A DNA stretch of 64,000 nucleotides from Oopsacas minuta (GCA_024704765.1 JAKMXF010000288.1:186001-250000); one strand, 5' to 3'; counted from the stretch's first letter, positions 50,000-62,077 are shown. Notes: generated from the sequence alone by a model not told the origin. Numbers and translations are program-made.

Positions 50000-51031
50000 C
50001 TAATATTTGCGACTATCATACCCAAATTCTTTGCTTGCACCGCTCGATCTTTTCCCGAATTTGTACGGAGGACTTTCATTGCCTGTTCTGTTCTGTTGTG
50101 AGCGATATTGTTCAAAATCTTTAAACGTTTTAGCTAGCTCATCTTCCGGTGGAACTGCGGAATAATCAACCATTTTAGCGCCAGTTTGTTTGGGTTTATT
50201 CGTGTTTGTGGCTTGCGAGACGCCGAGACATTTCTTCAAATCTTCGAATATCATATCACTAACATCCTCATATGTGTAGCCACCATATTCGCCGGGTATT
50301 TCCCAACGTGTCTTACACGGCTCATAAAAAATAACCGGCGGATCATCGTGTCCAGGTTCTTCCTCCCTTACCGACAGGAAGTCAACAATGGAATGCACAG
50401 CATGCTTGATCTGTCCAGGTTTGCCAATGATAGAAACAGCACGTTCATTTGAATGGGGCAGACAATCACGATATATTGTAATATTAACATGAGCTTCACG
50501 ACGTATCGACTTAACCCGGTCACCTCTCGAACCGATTATGCAACCGATAAAAGCCTGAGGCACCAAAATCTGGAGCTCCTTCTCTTCGTAACTCGACTCA
50601 TGAAACGATACGAAAGGCAATAAAACTTCAAGAATTCCTTCAAAATCATCTTGCCTTGCTTTCAACCATAATATCCTTTCACTATCAAATACAGAACCAT
50701 CAGATAGCTTAGCGTCACAATGAAATTGCTTTCTAATCTCTAAAATAGAATTTATCCTATGAACAGTCTCACAACTATCTCCTGTTAACTTAGCTGCATC
50801 ACTCCCCTTCAATAAAATACGTACAGACAGTAAACCTTTGTATCGCTCATAGCGGATTAGTTTTCTATGTCTACGTGCGTAATCCTTGGGAAGAAACAGA
50901 TAATCATAAATAGTCTCGGGTTCTGGAAGGTTGAACACGTCTCTTTCTATTTTACTATCTTCTAACTGTCGGTCAAGTTTGCGCTTTTTGGCAGCTTCAT
51001 CGGGGACTTCTGTAAATCTTCGTATTGACAT
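50000..51031 (-). CDS. hnRNP K-like KH-domain protein (degenerate KH1, intact KH2, no KH3 seen), single exon
   Basis: ELQILVPQAFIGCIIGSRGDRVKSIRREAHVNITIYRDCLPHSNERAVSIIGKP resembles hnRNP K KH2. The upstream VRILL...SERILWL segment resembles KH1. Confidence 0.75.
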   Translation of the reverse strand: MSIRRFTEVPDEAAKKRKLDRQLEDSKIERDVFNLPEPETIYDYLFLPKDYARRHRKLIRYERYKGLLSVRILLKGSDAAKLTGDSCETVHRINSILEIRKQFHCDAKLSDGSVFDSERILWLKARQDDFEGILEVLLPFVSFHESSYEEKELQILVPQAFIGCIIGSRGDRVKSIRREAHVNITIYRDCLPHSNERAVSIIGKPGQIKHAVHSIVDFLSVREEEPGHDDPPVIFYEPCKTRWEIPGEYGGYTYEDVSDMIFEDLKKCLGVSQATNTNKPKQTGAKMVDYSAVPPEDELAKTFKDFEQYRSQQNRTGNESPPYKFGKRSSGASKEFGYDSRKY

Positions 51032-51644
51032 GTTTATTGCTTAATTGGGGTATTAATACAGTACTGTTTAGCCAATTACAATGATCTCCGAATCAATACA
51101 ATACTCCTCTATATAATTCCGCATACAGATTTAATGATCTCTGAGTGTAAGAATTTTACAAGGACATAGCATGTGCGGTATTGGCCGCATGTGCTACATC
51201 CTGGTTACACTCTCTCGAACCTCCGTGATACGCCTAGGTACTATTTTTCCAGAAGGATAGAAATTCAACTATTTCAGTAAAGTAGCTGCCTCTACTTGTA
51301 TTTAATATTTGCATGTTTCTTTGTAACTAATAACAGTGATAATATTCTAAATTACTAAGTCTAAATACATATCGATACTTATCCGATATACAATAATAGA
51401 ATCTCCCATAGAGTTAATGTTATTTCTCACATCCGGGCAAATTCTGACTTCCGGGCACTCTCTCGTCCGGCACTTACCTGGATAAAGAAGGTCGAGTGCA
51501 TTATTAAACGAACTTGTATGTAACAGCGAATAATATAAGAAATATGAGTTTTGATATAATAATTACATATAAATTTGTAAATGGCTAAGAATTCAAATGA
51601 TTAAGAAAATATTTACTTGTAAGAGTAAATATATATAGAAATGT

Positions 51645-52883
51645 TCAAAATATCTGGAGGGGATAGTCCATATTATTTGATAGTACAATAATGTTATAGC
51701 CAGACGTTACAAATACACCATTGGGCTTAATAATAGCCTTGTCATGTTCTCCGGGAAACGAATAGAGAAATTGTCCGGCTGGAGAATATATTTGTATCAC
51801 GTTATGATCTCCGATATAATTTGCCACTATTACATTTCCATCTTTGTCGATAGAAAATGAAGCTGGGTGATCAAGGTATAGGCCATTCCCCATAGGTAAA
51901 AGTGATCGGGATTTTTCGTATTTGGGTTTAGACATAATGTGTAAGCAAGGATTGCCACAGTCTAGTATATATATCTCCTCCCTAGTAACGAATATACTCT
52001 GTGGGAAGGTGCAGTATCCCATGAGTTGTATTTTGTCACGAGGGGCAAGATTTCTATTAAAAATATTAATACAATGTCCTGTTGAGGAAAGTGCATAAAT
52101 TAGGTCAGAATACTTATCGTAAATAACTGAGACAATAAATTCAAATTTCTCTTTAGTTTTTGAAAGTATTTTAAGATCGGGTTCCCCGAATGGGTTGAAT
52201 AGTATTCGAATAACTCGTGCGGTCTGTAGATCAGATAGAACTATTTCCTGGTGATTGATAAGCTCAATCGCACAAATACATGGACAAGATTCTATGGTAA
52301 AATAACTCAGTCCTTCTCCTTCAAGGGAGAAATACATGATTTGATTTTCACTAGAATTATTCACTACAATTAAACCTAGTTCTTCGTTCACAGATAATCT
52401 CCCAAATCGCCCCTTATTAGCCGCAATTGGTATAACAGACTGTGCATGTTTCTTGGTAATATACTGCTTCGGAGTTTTCTCTATCGCTCCTAAATTAGCC
52501 AGACCTCTTCTCAACTCTCTAGCTTCAAATACAAACTGATAATCAACATCTGCATTACTAGCATCTATCTGTAATAGTGAAATTTTCTTGTTCAAATCCG
52601 CAATAGTTTTATCTTTCGAATCGTAGATTCGATTTTCAGTCATAACATTTTCAATAGCAATCTTTATATTTTCAATTTGGTTTATAGATTTCAGAATTTC
52701 GGATTTGATATTTCTAATATCTCTCATTTGAGCTAATACCACATTTCTCCTATCGTTAACTTCAGCAATAATCTTGTCGAAAGATGTATTAATTACTACT
52801 TCTGTCTCTAACCAAAATTCTTCAGAATACCCGAAAGGAGTCGCCATTCTATAATTATTATCAAAATATGGTAAAACGCTCAT
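51645..52883 (-). CDS. Coiled-coil + NHL-repeat beta-propeller protein (TRIM-NHL-like, no RING or B-box), single exon
   Basis: Helical N-terminus, then NHL-like blades ending SFSIDKDGNVIVANY..IQIYSPAGQFLYSF..PNGVFVT. Confidence 0.8.
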   Translation of the reverse strand: MSVLPYFDNNYRMATPFGYSEEFWLETEVVINTSFDKIIAEVNDRRNVVLAQMRDIRNIKSEILKSINQIENIKIAIENVMTENRIYDSKDKTIADLNKKISLLQIDASNADVDYQFVFEARELRRGLANLGAIEKTPKQYITKKHAQSVIPIAANKGRFGRLSVNEELGLIVVNNSSENQIMYFSLEGEGLSYFTIESCPCICAIELINHQEIVLSDLQTARVIRILFNPFGEPDLKILSKTKEKFEFIVSVIYDKYSDLIYALSSTGHCINIFNRNLAPRDKIQLMGYCTFPQSIFVTREEIYILDCGNPCLHIMSKPKYEKSRSLLPMGNGLYLDHPASFSIDKDGNVIVANYIGDHNVIQIYSPAGQFLYSFPGEHDKAIIKPNGVFVTSGYNIIVLSNNMDYPLQIF

Positions 52884-53330
52884 GCCCTAAGTCATATCGA
52901 TATGCGAATAGCAAGCACCCAATTTTACATAGCATTACTCCCATTATATCAACACAGAAATATAGAAATATCAGCTTATATAAAGTCTTAAACCGTCAAA
53001 GTAACATTCAATGGAAGCTTGTTAATACGAACACCAACGAACGATCAAAATTTGTTCGCTCTATCAGGAGTTCTGTAGGTGCTGTAGGGACTTGATTGTG
53101 TGTGTGTGATTATTTGTACGTCTTATCCATAAATTCATGTTTTTAACCGTGTTCAGTCATATCAAAGTAATTATCATAGTCCCTTGAGCTTCGATATAAC
53201 AGGAGTTAAGTGTATACAAACATATAATCAAGATCTCACTCTATATATATGCAATAAGAAAACAAACAACAACAAAATTATCATATCCAGTATTCTCATA
53301 TCCAAACATCAACAAATAAACAAACCTCCA

Positions 53331-54416
53331 CTAGTTATAAGGATCGATATTATACTGTGAGTAATCGCCATGTTTTGTCACATACAATGCCCAGCTAGTA
53401 CAATTATACTTCTTATTATTTGGGTTATAGAAACTCTCCGATAGCATTATACGTATGTCACTGTCATCTAGTATAGCGACAAGGTCACCCTCACGGTCAC
53501 GAAAATTCAATACCACGTCCGTGACTCTAAGTTTTCCACGGACTTTCGTGATTAGATCTTGATAAGAGGGAGATTGAACTTTGGACGGATCGATCTCTAT
53601 TTGTCTTGGTACCCCCTTGTAGAATACTGTAAAGAAGGTCTCTTCGTCCTCATCGTCCCATTCATCTGAGAAATCAAATTCGTCCATGCCCTTGTCGAGC
53701 GGCTCGATTATACGTACATAATTAGCGGGGAATATTCCCTGCTTCCCGAGGTATTTACCCTCAAGCCATAGTGAATCTACATGGCGGATTAGCTCAATAG
53801 TTTTACCAACCATTAGGGTAAGTTCCTCTTGATTAGTCGCGAAATATTCAAACAGGACTAAAGCCCTGGGACCGGTCTTAGGTGCAGACATCGCAGGGTT
53901 AGACCTTGCTATATTGATCTTCGGAGTTAACGCTTTAACAATTTCGCTAGAACCTTTTCGCGATTGAACAGGTGATTTTAAAATCGGGTTTTGGAATTCG
54001 TACGGCTTTCCGTCGTCAATTGATTGCATCAGGAAATCACGCACACACCCCTTTCTGAGGAGATCCGGTTTTGAAATTAGACGATTGAGGAAATCATTTA
54101 ACAAAGGCATTCGTTCAGTAGCAACTTCCCGAACAGCTGATCGACCAAAATAAATTTTCGGAGGCAATAATGGTATACTTTTAGCTTGCTCGCTCGTACA
54201 TGAATCCGTTAAGTTTTGATGCATTTCAAAGAATTGTGCATAACGTCGGTAAACATTGTATTTTAGATTTCCCTGTGTAGTAACTTCTATAATATAAACG
54301 TAGTACTTAGAAATACCTCTTCGTTTCTCTACATCTGTTATTACTGCGGCACACGGCGTGTAGTGCGCATCCGGATCTATTGTCTTCCCACTACGTACTG
54401 TTAGAAGATCTGTCAT
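53331..54416 (-). CDS. NCF4: p40phox (PX-SH3-PB1), NADPH oxidase cytosolic adaptor; single exon
   Basis: PX YRRYAQF..LPPKIYFG..ERMPLLNDF; SH3 ALVLFEY..EELTL..WLEG..GIFPANYV; PB1 OPCA motif LNFRDREGDLVAILDDSD. Confidence 0.88.
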   Translation of the reverse strand: MTDLLTVRSGKTIDPDAHYTPCAAVITDVEKRRGISKYYVYIIEVTTQGNLKYNVYRRYAQFFEMHQNLTDSCTSEQAKSIPLLPPKIYFGRSAVREVATERMPLLNDFLNRLISKPDLLRKGCVRDFLMQSIDDGKPYEFQNPILKSPVQSRKGSSEIVKALTPKINIARSNPAMSAPKTGPRALVLFEYFATNQEELTLMVGKTIELIRHVDSLWLEGKYLGKQGIFPANYVRIIEPLDKGMDEFDFSDEWDDEDEETFFTVFYKGVPRQIEIDPSKVQSPSYQDLITKVRGKLRVTDVVLNFRDREGDLVAILDDSDIRIMLSESFYNPNNKKYNCTSWALYVTKHGDYSQYNIDPYN

Positions 54417-54654
54417 TATTGTAATGATAAGCTAAACTGGGAAAGGGAAAGGTTATGACTCTGTGTTATCGCTAGTTCAGAGTTTCTCAACATGTGATCA
54501 AATCTAGCAACGCTTCGGCAACAGAGATAATTACGGTATTTTAGGTCAAATTGATCTTCCATGACCAAAACCATGACGTGTGGTCCTAATAATAATTGTG
54601 ATAATTTTCATAAATGAGTATAATAATAAAGTGATCGTTTTGCCAGAGAATTAC

Positions 54655-57266
54655 TCATTTTTTTTTCTTTTTACCACCTTTCTTCTTACCGCCTCCTTTC
54701 TTAGTTTTCTTGGGACGGAACGGTCCTAACAAGTTTCGCTGCATTGTCCCTCTCCACCAGGCTTGTATTCGTACTGTCGCATAAGCCTCTAGCTTTTCTC
54801 TCTCTTCAGTTAACCGTATCTGTTCCTTCTCAATACGATCATCCTCTACTACTTTACTGTATTCTCTGTACTTCTTAGATTGTTCCTGCATCTTCCCGAG
54901 ACATTCTGCTAACCTAATAGGAAATTATTGATTGAAAAAATTACAGAATTTGTTTTACTTGGAAGGTTTGGGACCATATTTGTACAATTCAAGACTTCGA
55001 TATGAGCGGGCATTTCTATATATCCGTGTTCGATATAACAGGAGTTGTTTGTATAATATAGACTAACTTTTCTTCAGCTTCTCTCAACTCATTTGCTTTC
55101 TCTTCACTTTCGTTCTCGAACTTATTCATCCAATGCTCAAGTTTATCCTGTAAAGCATCAGTAGACTCCTTCAAGAACTTCTCTATATCCTGGTGTATTC
55201 TCTGCTCCTTACTATCACTGGTAGTATTCTTTTCAATCATAGAGGTTAATCTCTCTTCCTAATAGAGTTAATGACATAATCAACTTTTGATAATATGTTG
55301 AAGCCTCTACGAACGGAGTGCCAAAAAATTCTACCTCGTTTCCCCGTTTCCACAGGCCAGTTTGGAGGCTGTAATTACAGAATATTACTGCAGTGAAAGT
55401 ACTGATTACAAGTTTCGTATGTCCATCAAAATGACAATATTACCTCAGCTTTCGCAGCTTTACTCTCAATAGCTGTTTCTAACAGACATGACTTTTTGAT
55501 ATACTTCAAATCACGAGCTGATAGATTCTTAATCTCCTGTATCTGATCCTTACTATGTGCTATTCCCTCTTGACATAGCTCTAGCTCCTCCTTACGTTGC
55601 TCATTAATATTCAGCAGAGTAGCTTGTAGCTTCTTTAGTTCAAATCTGCTCTCTTGTTCTAAAAGATAAATAGTGTAATTTGTCTATGAGTTAGAGCGAC
55701 AGTGTTCACTCTAAGGAATCCGGGAATTTTCGCTGAAAATGTCCATCCACAGGATATTTGGTCTATTATATCAAATTTTTGCCAGTACCACCCGGAATTT
55801 TAACAACACCCCCGTCAGATGAGGGAACATTGCAGAGGGGGTTGACAGTGGCAGTTATAAACAGGTTTAGCGGCATTAAGGTGTCAAAATGGTGTCCGTT
55901 GGCTGGATTGAGCAATTGGCTAGTATAAAAGTCATTATACAATCAACTGCCGTTACATCGAACACTAATATATCAAAATACCCGCGTATATAGTCCGAAA
56001 TTGAATTGAGTAATTATCGCTACCTCTTGAGCTTAGATATAACGGGAGATGAATGTAATGGGAAATCAGATGGGACTGCTTTTCGGTGGCCGCTATGTAT
56101 AAGTAACCGTTAAGTAAGTTTGACTGTACATAAAGTTATATAGTGAAGGTCAATGGTTACTACCTTTCTGCACAACTTCTCTTATCTTACTCTTCTCATC
56201 GTTAGCTCGTTTCACACACTCAATCAAACTAGGATAATGTCCATCATCACTAATTTCTAACTGAACCTTTTCTAGTGTATCTAATAACCACTGACAATCT
56301 TCAATCAATTTCTTTTGGTTCTCAGCTGTTAGAGAGGCAGTCATGCTCAAGCTCTGATCTGGATAGGAGCGTCTTGATCCCATTTGTGAGAATAGGCCTT
56401 GTAGTGCTGAACTGTCATAAACAATATGTGATTAAATAACAAACAAACAAATAGCATACTTGTCAACCCACTCATGAATCTCCGTAAATTGTTTTAGCTA
56501 TATTTGTGAATATTCTCGGGTAGAATAGAGGGAATAACCTGAATCGGGAAATTATTGAAAGGGGGTTGGGTCAGTATGAAATAACTAAGAATTCTTAGTA
56601 ACAAGTAAACAAAATTGAATATAGTAGTTCCTTACAAAGATCTCCTCCCTCGCTGAGGGGTGTAGACAAATACCAACGAGGTAACTATGGAAACTGGGAC
56701 ATAACACGTCACAGAGGCACGTTAGGGAGTTGGTGAATATATTAATGTATAGAATGCTATGATTCATGGTATGTAGTATGTGATTATATGTTATGTCCCT
56801 GTACAAGGGTGTTAAAATATGAATAATCACACTGGTCACTATTCGAATGTTTACGGTAAACTTACTTCCCACTAGTTGGCCGTTTCTCCTTCGCTTCTAC
56901 CAGTTTATCATACTCAGATTCTAACCTCTCCTGTACAGACAATATTTCCGCTAACTGAGAGCCAAATACCTTCTCTACTATTGATGGTATAGCTACTGTC
57001 TTATTATCAGGACCAGAGGGTCGTGGAAGAATGTGGTTTAGGAGAGCAACTTGGTGGATACATTCTGATAAAAGTGTCGCGGCTAGAGACCCCTCGAGAG
57101 GTGTCAAGTGGTCTGAATGGTAGAAAGATTGTGTGCCACTTATAAATGAAGGTTGATTGGTGAGGAGAGATTTACTGGATGATACGAGACGGGTCATTGA
57201 TCCTCTGCCTTGTAGGGCATGCAAAGGAGGGTTAGGCATTCGGGCGCCAGGGATATTGAGGGACAT
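54655..57266 (-). CDS. IQCG: Dynein regulatory complex subunit 9 (IQ domain-containing G), ~5 exons
   Basis: LLSECIHQVALLNHILP near the N-terminus; coiled-coil exons; terminal IQ motif IQAWWRGTMQRNLLGPF followed by a Lys-rich tail. Confidence 0.88.
55700..55832. mobile_element. hAT (Charlie-like) MITE in an IQCG intron; truncated relative at 60484-60605
   Basis: CAGTGTTCACTC ... GAGGGAACATTG TIRs. The interior (taaggaatc..ccacccg(g)aatttt(a/g)aca) is shared with 60484-60605. Confidence 0.6.
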
Positions 57267-57808
57267 TTAACTAACAAACACCGTAAAACATAATATAATT
57301 GGTAAATGATGGCAGTCGAATTCGTTTTCTTTGTCTAATCGTGTATAGCTATTCTATGTGGAATAAACTATAGCGTAATGTAAATGTTCTCTTCAATTTT
57401 TGATTGAAGGGCTTCTATATACTTTTAAACAAGGCAATAAGCATACTTGGAGAAATTTGGTATTTACAAACAGGGGGCAATCCCAGGATTTGGAATGCCC
57501 AGGGGCCGGGCTAGGCCAATATTTTCAAATCCGGGCAAATTCCATAAATGCACACGGATGTGTTTATTTCAATATTATATTGTCAACAAATTGTATAAGA
57601 ATCTATCACACAAGACCATCACCAAATTAACCCATCATATTATCCGCAGGTTGAGGATACCATGAACAATAAATATCAGGAAGCTAACTATATTCCCTTG
57701 GCATTGCTATTGATGCTCATATTAAAGATGGCTACCTATTGTGTGTTTGTGACTATTGACATTACATCTCTGTGTATTTAATGGAGGGTATTCTTTGAAA
57801 ACTGTGTA

Positions 57809-60109
57809 ATGGCATCAACTTGTACGTTTTTTATACATTATGTAAATTCACATGATCTGCAAGATGGTAAAATACCTACAGTACTTGTTCTTAACTTAAT
57901 TGTTTGGATATTTCTGATTTCGATTTTCCTTTTGCTACGTTTCACAATTTGGGAATACGCGAAGTCTGCGATTATTTTCTCAACCAAAAATGCTTCGCGG
58001 AAAAACTTAACCTCAAGTTTGACAGAAAGTAATATTTATTCCGAACGATTGAAGAGACAGTATGATCTATTGAGGGAACGACATGCTTTTGAATGGATTT
58101 ATAACTTTATGAGATTGAGTGTCAGAGATATAAAGGCAACTTCAGGGTTAGACGCTTACCTCTACTTAAAATTTGAAGTTTATCTAATATTCCTAATGTT
58201 GGTGTACACTATAATTTCGTGTAGTTTCATTTTGCCTGTTAACTATATAGAGGGCAAGGGAATTTCGCGGATTTTCGAGCGTACAACCATCACGAGCTTA
58301 ACACAGTCTGAACACGGGAATGAGAAACTTTGGCTCCATTCGTTCGTAACGCATATTTATGTCGTTTTCGCGTTCATGTTAATGTTCTCATACTCGCGGC
58401 ATTTAGCAAGATACAGACAATTTGGTAAAAAGTCTTCACACGCTATTATGATACAACATACATCAAAATCTGCTCGCGAAAATGACTTTAGAAAACATTT
58501 CACTGAAACTGACACAGACTGTGATATTGAGGATGTTACATTAGCATACAATACAGCTAAACTACACAATTGTATAGAGAAACGTGATGAAGCTAATATA
58601 CAGTTGAAACTGTATCAAGATATCCTAGAAGAGACCAATGATAGAGAATGGATATTAATCAGTTGGAAGAGGTATTTATGTATTTGCGCTAAAGGTGTGG
58701 ACGCGATTGATTATTACACGAAACAGAGTTTGCAGTTATCGAATTTTGTCGTGGTTGCACAAGAAGACGCTCGTTTAAGTCCGCTGGGAATTACGTTTGT
58801 TACTTTTTCGCGTGTTGCTCCTATCGAAGATATATTAGGTCAATATCAACGTGTATTTTGCCAACGTCCAACTTCAAGTGTTTCCAATCAAATCAATGTA
58901 AAGCAATGGAAAGTTACGTTAGCTCCGCATCCGACCGATATTCAATGGGAAAACCTTGGCCTAAATCAAATAGTATGGTGGATACGTTGGCTAATACTGA
59001 ACTTAATCGTACTCGTTATTACTATATTTTTCACGACTCCGGTTGCAGGTATCTCAATTGTAAATACTCTCTTAACAGTCAATAATCATCCTTACAGTCT
59101 CAATGAAGCGATAACTGATATGTTTAATCTGATGAATAGCACTGCGACTGAACCTTTTCGCGAATTAACTACGACCTACACAACTCCGCTCCTACAGATA
59201 CTTTTCGCACAGTTTATCCCTCTTCTAGTGTCAAAATCTTGCAACTTAGAACTGCATTGGACTAAATCTGGTTACCAAAAAAGCGCGATAATCAAAACTT
59301 TCATTTTTCTTCAAATAATGTTGTTGATATTTCCTTCCCTCTCTCTCACAAGTTTTGACCTTCTCATAAAATCTATCTATACTTCTGTCAATAATTCTAC
59401 GAACAAGACTTTCACTGAGCTTCAAATCAGTAGTTTGTTGAAATGTGCATTTCTGCCTGAAGGAGGAGTATTCTTCGTGAATTATATGATAACTAGCGCC
59501 TTCTTCACTGCTTTCCAACTCCTACAAATACCAAATTTCGTGCAATATCTGTACAGAAAAATGTCCGCGAGAACAATATATGAGGTCAAAACCGCGAAAG
59601 AGAAATTCATCACCCCATTTGATTTCGGGATACAATATGCTTGGGTTTTAGTCAAAATTAGTATAGTGATCGCCTACTCCACCATTTGCCCATTAATCAC
59701 TGTTGGCGGCCTTCTATACATTATAATGAAGTTTTTCGTCGACAAATATAATCTCTATTATGTGCATGGTCATGCCGGTTACCTCGGAGGAGTTGACCTA
59801 CACAAACGAGCTGTGAAATTCTTAATATGGTCACATATACTTTTACAAGTGTATATTTTGATTCTTTCAATAGTCCAAGTGGGTGGAGATCCAACGAATG
59901 GACATGGATCTTTGATTTTATTCAACGGGCTTGTACTGTCGCTAACTGTATGCGTTTGTATTGTTTGCTTAGCAAGTAATTGTGTACAGAAATATCTACT
60001 TGATTGTTGGTGTATACGTGTTTCGCCGGATAATTCTTTCGCAGATATTTCACTTCTAGCTACACCTGACAGGACACAGAACAGATATATTTGTCAGGAA
60101 TTATTCTAA
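57809..60109 (+). CDS. TMEM63: CSC1/OSCA/TMEM63-family mechano- or osmo-sensitive cation channel, single exon
   Basis: 766 aa with ~11 hydrophobic segments; LDAYLYLKF, ILPVNY, LWLH, APHPTDIQWENL, FDFGIQYAW, FVDKYNLYYV. Confidence 0.93.
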   Translation: MASTCTFFIHYVNSHDLQDGKIPTVLVLNLIVWIFLISIFLLLRFTIWEYAKSAIIFSTKNASRKNLTSSLTESNIYSERLKRQYDLLRERHAFEWIYNFMRLSVRDIKATSGLDAYLYLKFEVYLIFLMLVYTIISCSFILPVNYIEGKGISRIFERTTITSLTQSEHGNEKLWLHSFVTHIYVVFAFMLMFSYSRHLARYRQFGKKSSHAIMIQHTSKSARENDFRKHFTETDTDCDIEDVTLAYNTAKLHNCIEKRDEANIQLKLYQDILEETNDREWILISWKRYLCICAKGVDAIDYYTKQSLQLSNFVVVAQEDARLSPLGITFVTFSRVAPIEDILGQYQRVFCQRPTSSVSNQINVKQWKVTLAPHPTDIQWENLGLNQIVWWIRWLILNLIVLVITIFFTTPVAGISIVNTLLTVNNHPYSLNEAITDMFNLMNSTATEPFRELTTTYTTPLLQILFAQFIPLLVSKSCNLELHWTKSGYQKSAIIKTFIFLQIMLLIFPSLSLTSFDLLIKSIYTSVNNSTNKTFTELQISSLLKCAFLPEGGVFFVNYMITSAFFTAFQLLQIPNFVQYLYRKMSARTIYEVKTAKEKFITPFDFGIQYAWVLVKISIVIAYSTICPLITVGGLLYIIMKFFVDKYNLYYVHGHAGYLGGVDLHKRAVKFLIWSHILLQVYILILSIVQVGGDPTNGHGSLILFNGLVLSLTVCVCIVCLASNCVQKYLLDCWCIRVSPDNSFADISLLATPDRTQNRYICQELF

Positions 60110-60814
60110 CTCGAATTTGTATTGCATTTATAGCATGTATTGATACAATATATGTATATTTATGTAAATATTTGTCTACAAAAATATTTGCATATCAATA
60201 TGACATCAACTAGGCTCAGGGGACGGTGATATAATTACATAGATAGAAGCGGAGTATGACTGATGGAATTCATGTTACTTTGAAGGTTTGGGATCATGTT
60301 CGTCCATGCAATCTCAGACTTAGATATAACTTTGTTCACCTAATTAGGAGTTCATATTAACGAGTTTTCGTGGTGTAGCTATTACCCCCAGGGCCCAGAC
60401 ACAAGTGCTCGCAACACTCAAGCTCAACCCCTAAACTTTAACACCTCAATCGAATATATCATCTCATGTGCATATTTTGAAATCAGTGTTCCCTCTAAGG
60501 AATCAGGGGGTATTCTACCAAAATGTTCGATCCCCAGAGATTCGCCCGATTATATCACATTTTTGCCAATACCACCCGAATTTTGACAGCAGCCCCCCCC
60601 CCCCGAAAGTTATAGGCAATAAACTGATTTGAATTGTTAGATAATTTCTCATTAGACGTAACTGTATATCAGATTTTATTGTAATATAATCTGAGCTAAA
60701 TTTATCTATCAAAACTGATAGAATTCCAATAATAATAAATAAGACATACAATACTGTATTAAATGATAATTGTAAAGAATAGACTTTAGTATTAGAGAAA
60801 ATTGGTTTATTGGA

Positions 60815-62077
60815 ATGGCATCAGTTAATCCTGTTAATCCAATCCCAGTGGGTGATAAGCTTGAGAGGAAACTGAATTTATTGAAAAAAGTGATTGATGA
60901 GAATAAATCAGAAGTAATTCGTGTTAGAGAAGAAATGAAACAGCTGATAGACATGAAATCAGAAGAGGTGTTGAGAGAATTGGACAGTATTTGGACAGAA
61001 GTGAATAAGAGAAAGGAGAAGAAAAGGCAAGACATTGAGAAGGATATTGTAGAGATTAACGAGCACAAAAAAGCGATGGAAAAACTTTTCCTAAACTTGA
61101 ATCCTACTGCCATTCCTACAATAGATTTCACTGATACTTTCAAATCAGTTCATAAAGAAATGGACATAGAAATTCCTTACATTAAACTGACATGGAGAGT
61201 GAATGAACTGAGAGATAGCATAAACAAACTGTGTGGCTGTAGCAAACAGATCCTAAAGTTCTCAGAAGATAATCCTATTCAATTCAAGTGGAGTTCTTCT
61301 ACTGGAGGTGACGGGGATAAACAACTTAATTGCCCACGAGGTATAACAATAAATCCTGTGAATAATAACATTTATGTAGCTGATAGGTATCCTGACAGAA
61401 TTCAGATATTCTCTAAAGAAGGGGATTGGATTAGAAGTGTTAAAGATGTAAAAATGGTTAACCCAGAGAATATCCTCTTTATTAAGAATTCTATTTTAAT
61501 ACAATGTATCAGATGTATTCTAAAACTAAACGATTCAACTTTTGAGATAGAAAGCTACAAATCATATGGATATCTGATAGGAGGTATTTGTACGGACAAT
61601 ATCCATATCTATGTTGGTGTATACAGAAATATGAAGCTTATAAGTCTATCTATTGATTTGAAAGAAGAAAATCAAATACCTCTAATCTCTAATTTCCATA
61701 AACAAGGTGAAACTAAAATTAGAGATATCTCATACGTGGAAGGAGAATTCTATGTTTTATTGACTGTTACAGAATATCCTCTCCAAACATTTTCAAGAGA
61801 AGGAATTCTCCTCAGATGTCTCATCAAGAATGATTTATTAAATAAAGCTTGTTTCTTCTGTTTGGATCAACAATTCAACATAATTGTATCTGATGGAGGA
61901 ACTGATGAAGTAAAGATATTCTCTAATGAAGGTAAACTGATATATCAGTTCGGTAAGAAGGGAACAGCTGCAGGAGAGTTTTCTTCTCTCTATGGGGTAG
62001 CAGTAGATAACTTAGGGTCTATTATTACAGTAGATTGGAAAGAGAATCACAGGCTACAAGCATTCTCTCTTTTCTGA
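60815..62077 (+). CDS. Coiled-coil + NHL-repeat protein, single exon
   Basis: Coiled-coil N-terminus; QLNCPRGITINP..IYVAD..RIQIFS; FCLDQQFNIIVSD..EVKIFSNEGKLIYQFGKKG..GEFSSLYGVAVD. Confidence 0.88.
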   Translation: MASVNPVNPIPVGDKLERKLNLLKKVIDENKSEVIRVREEMKQLIDMKSEEVLRELDSIWTEVNKRKEKKRQDIEKDIVEINEHKKAMEKLFLNLNPTAIPTIDFTDTFKSVHKEMDIEIPYIKLTWRVNELRDSINKLCGCSKQILKFSEDNPIQFKWSSSTGGDGDKQLNCPRGITINPVNNNIYVADRYPDRIQIFSKEGDWIRSVKDVKMVNPENILFIKNSILIQCIRCILKLNDSTFEIESYKSYGYLIGGICTDNIHIYVGVYRNMKLISLSIDLKEENQIPLISNFHKQGETKIRDISYVEGEFYVLLTVTEYPLQTFSREGILLRCLIKNDLLNKACFFCLDQQFNIIVSDGGTDEVKIFSNEGKLIYQFGKKGTAAGEFSSLYGVAVDNLGSIITVDWKENHRLQAFSLF

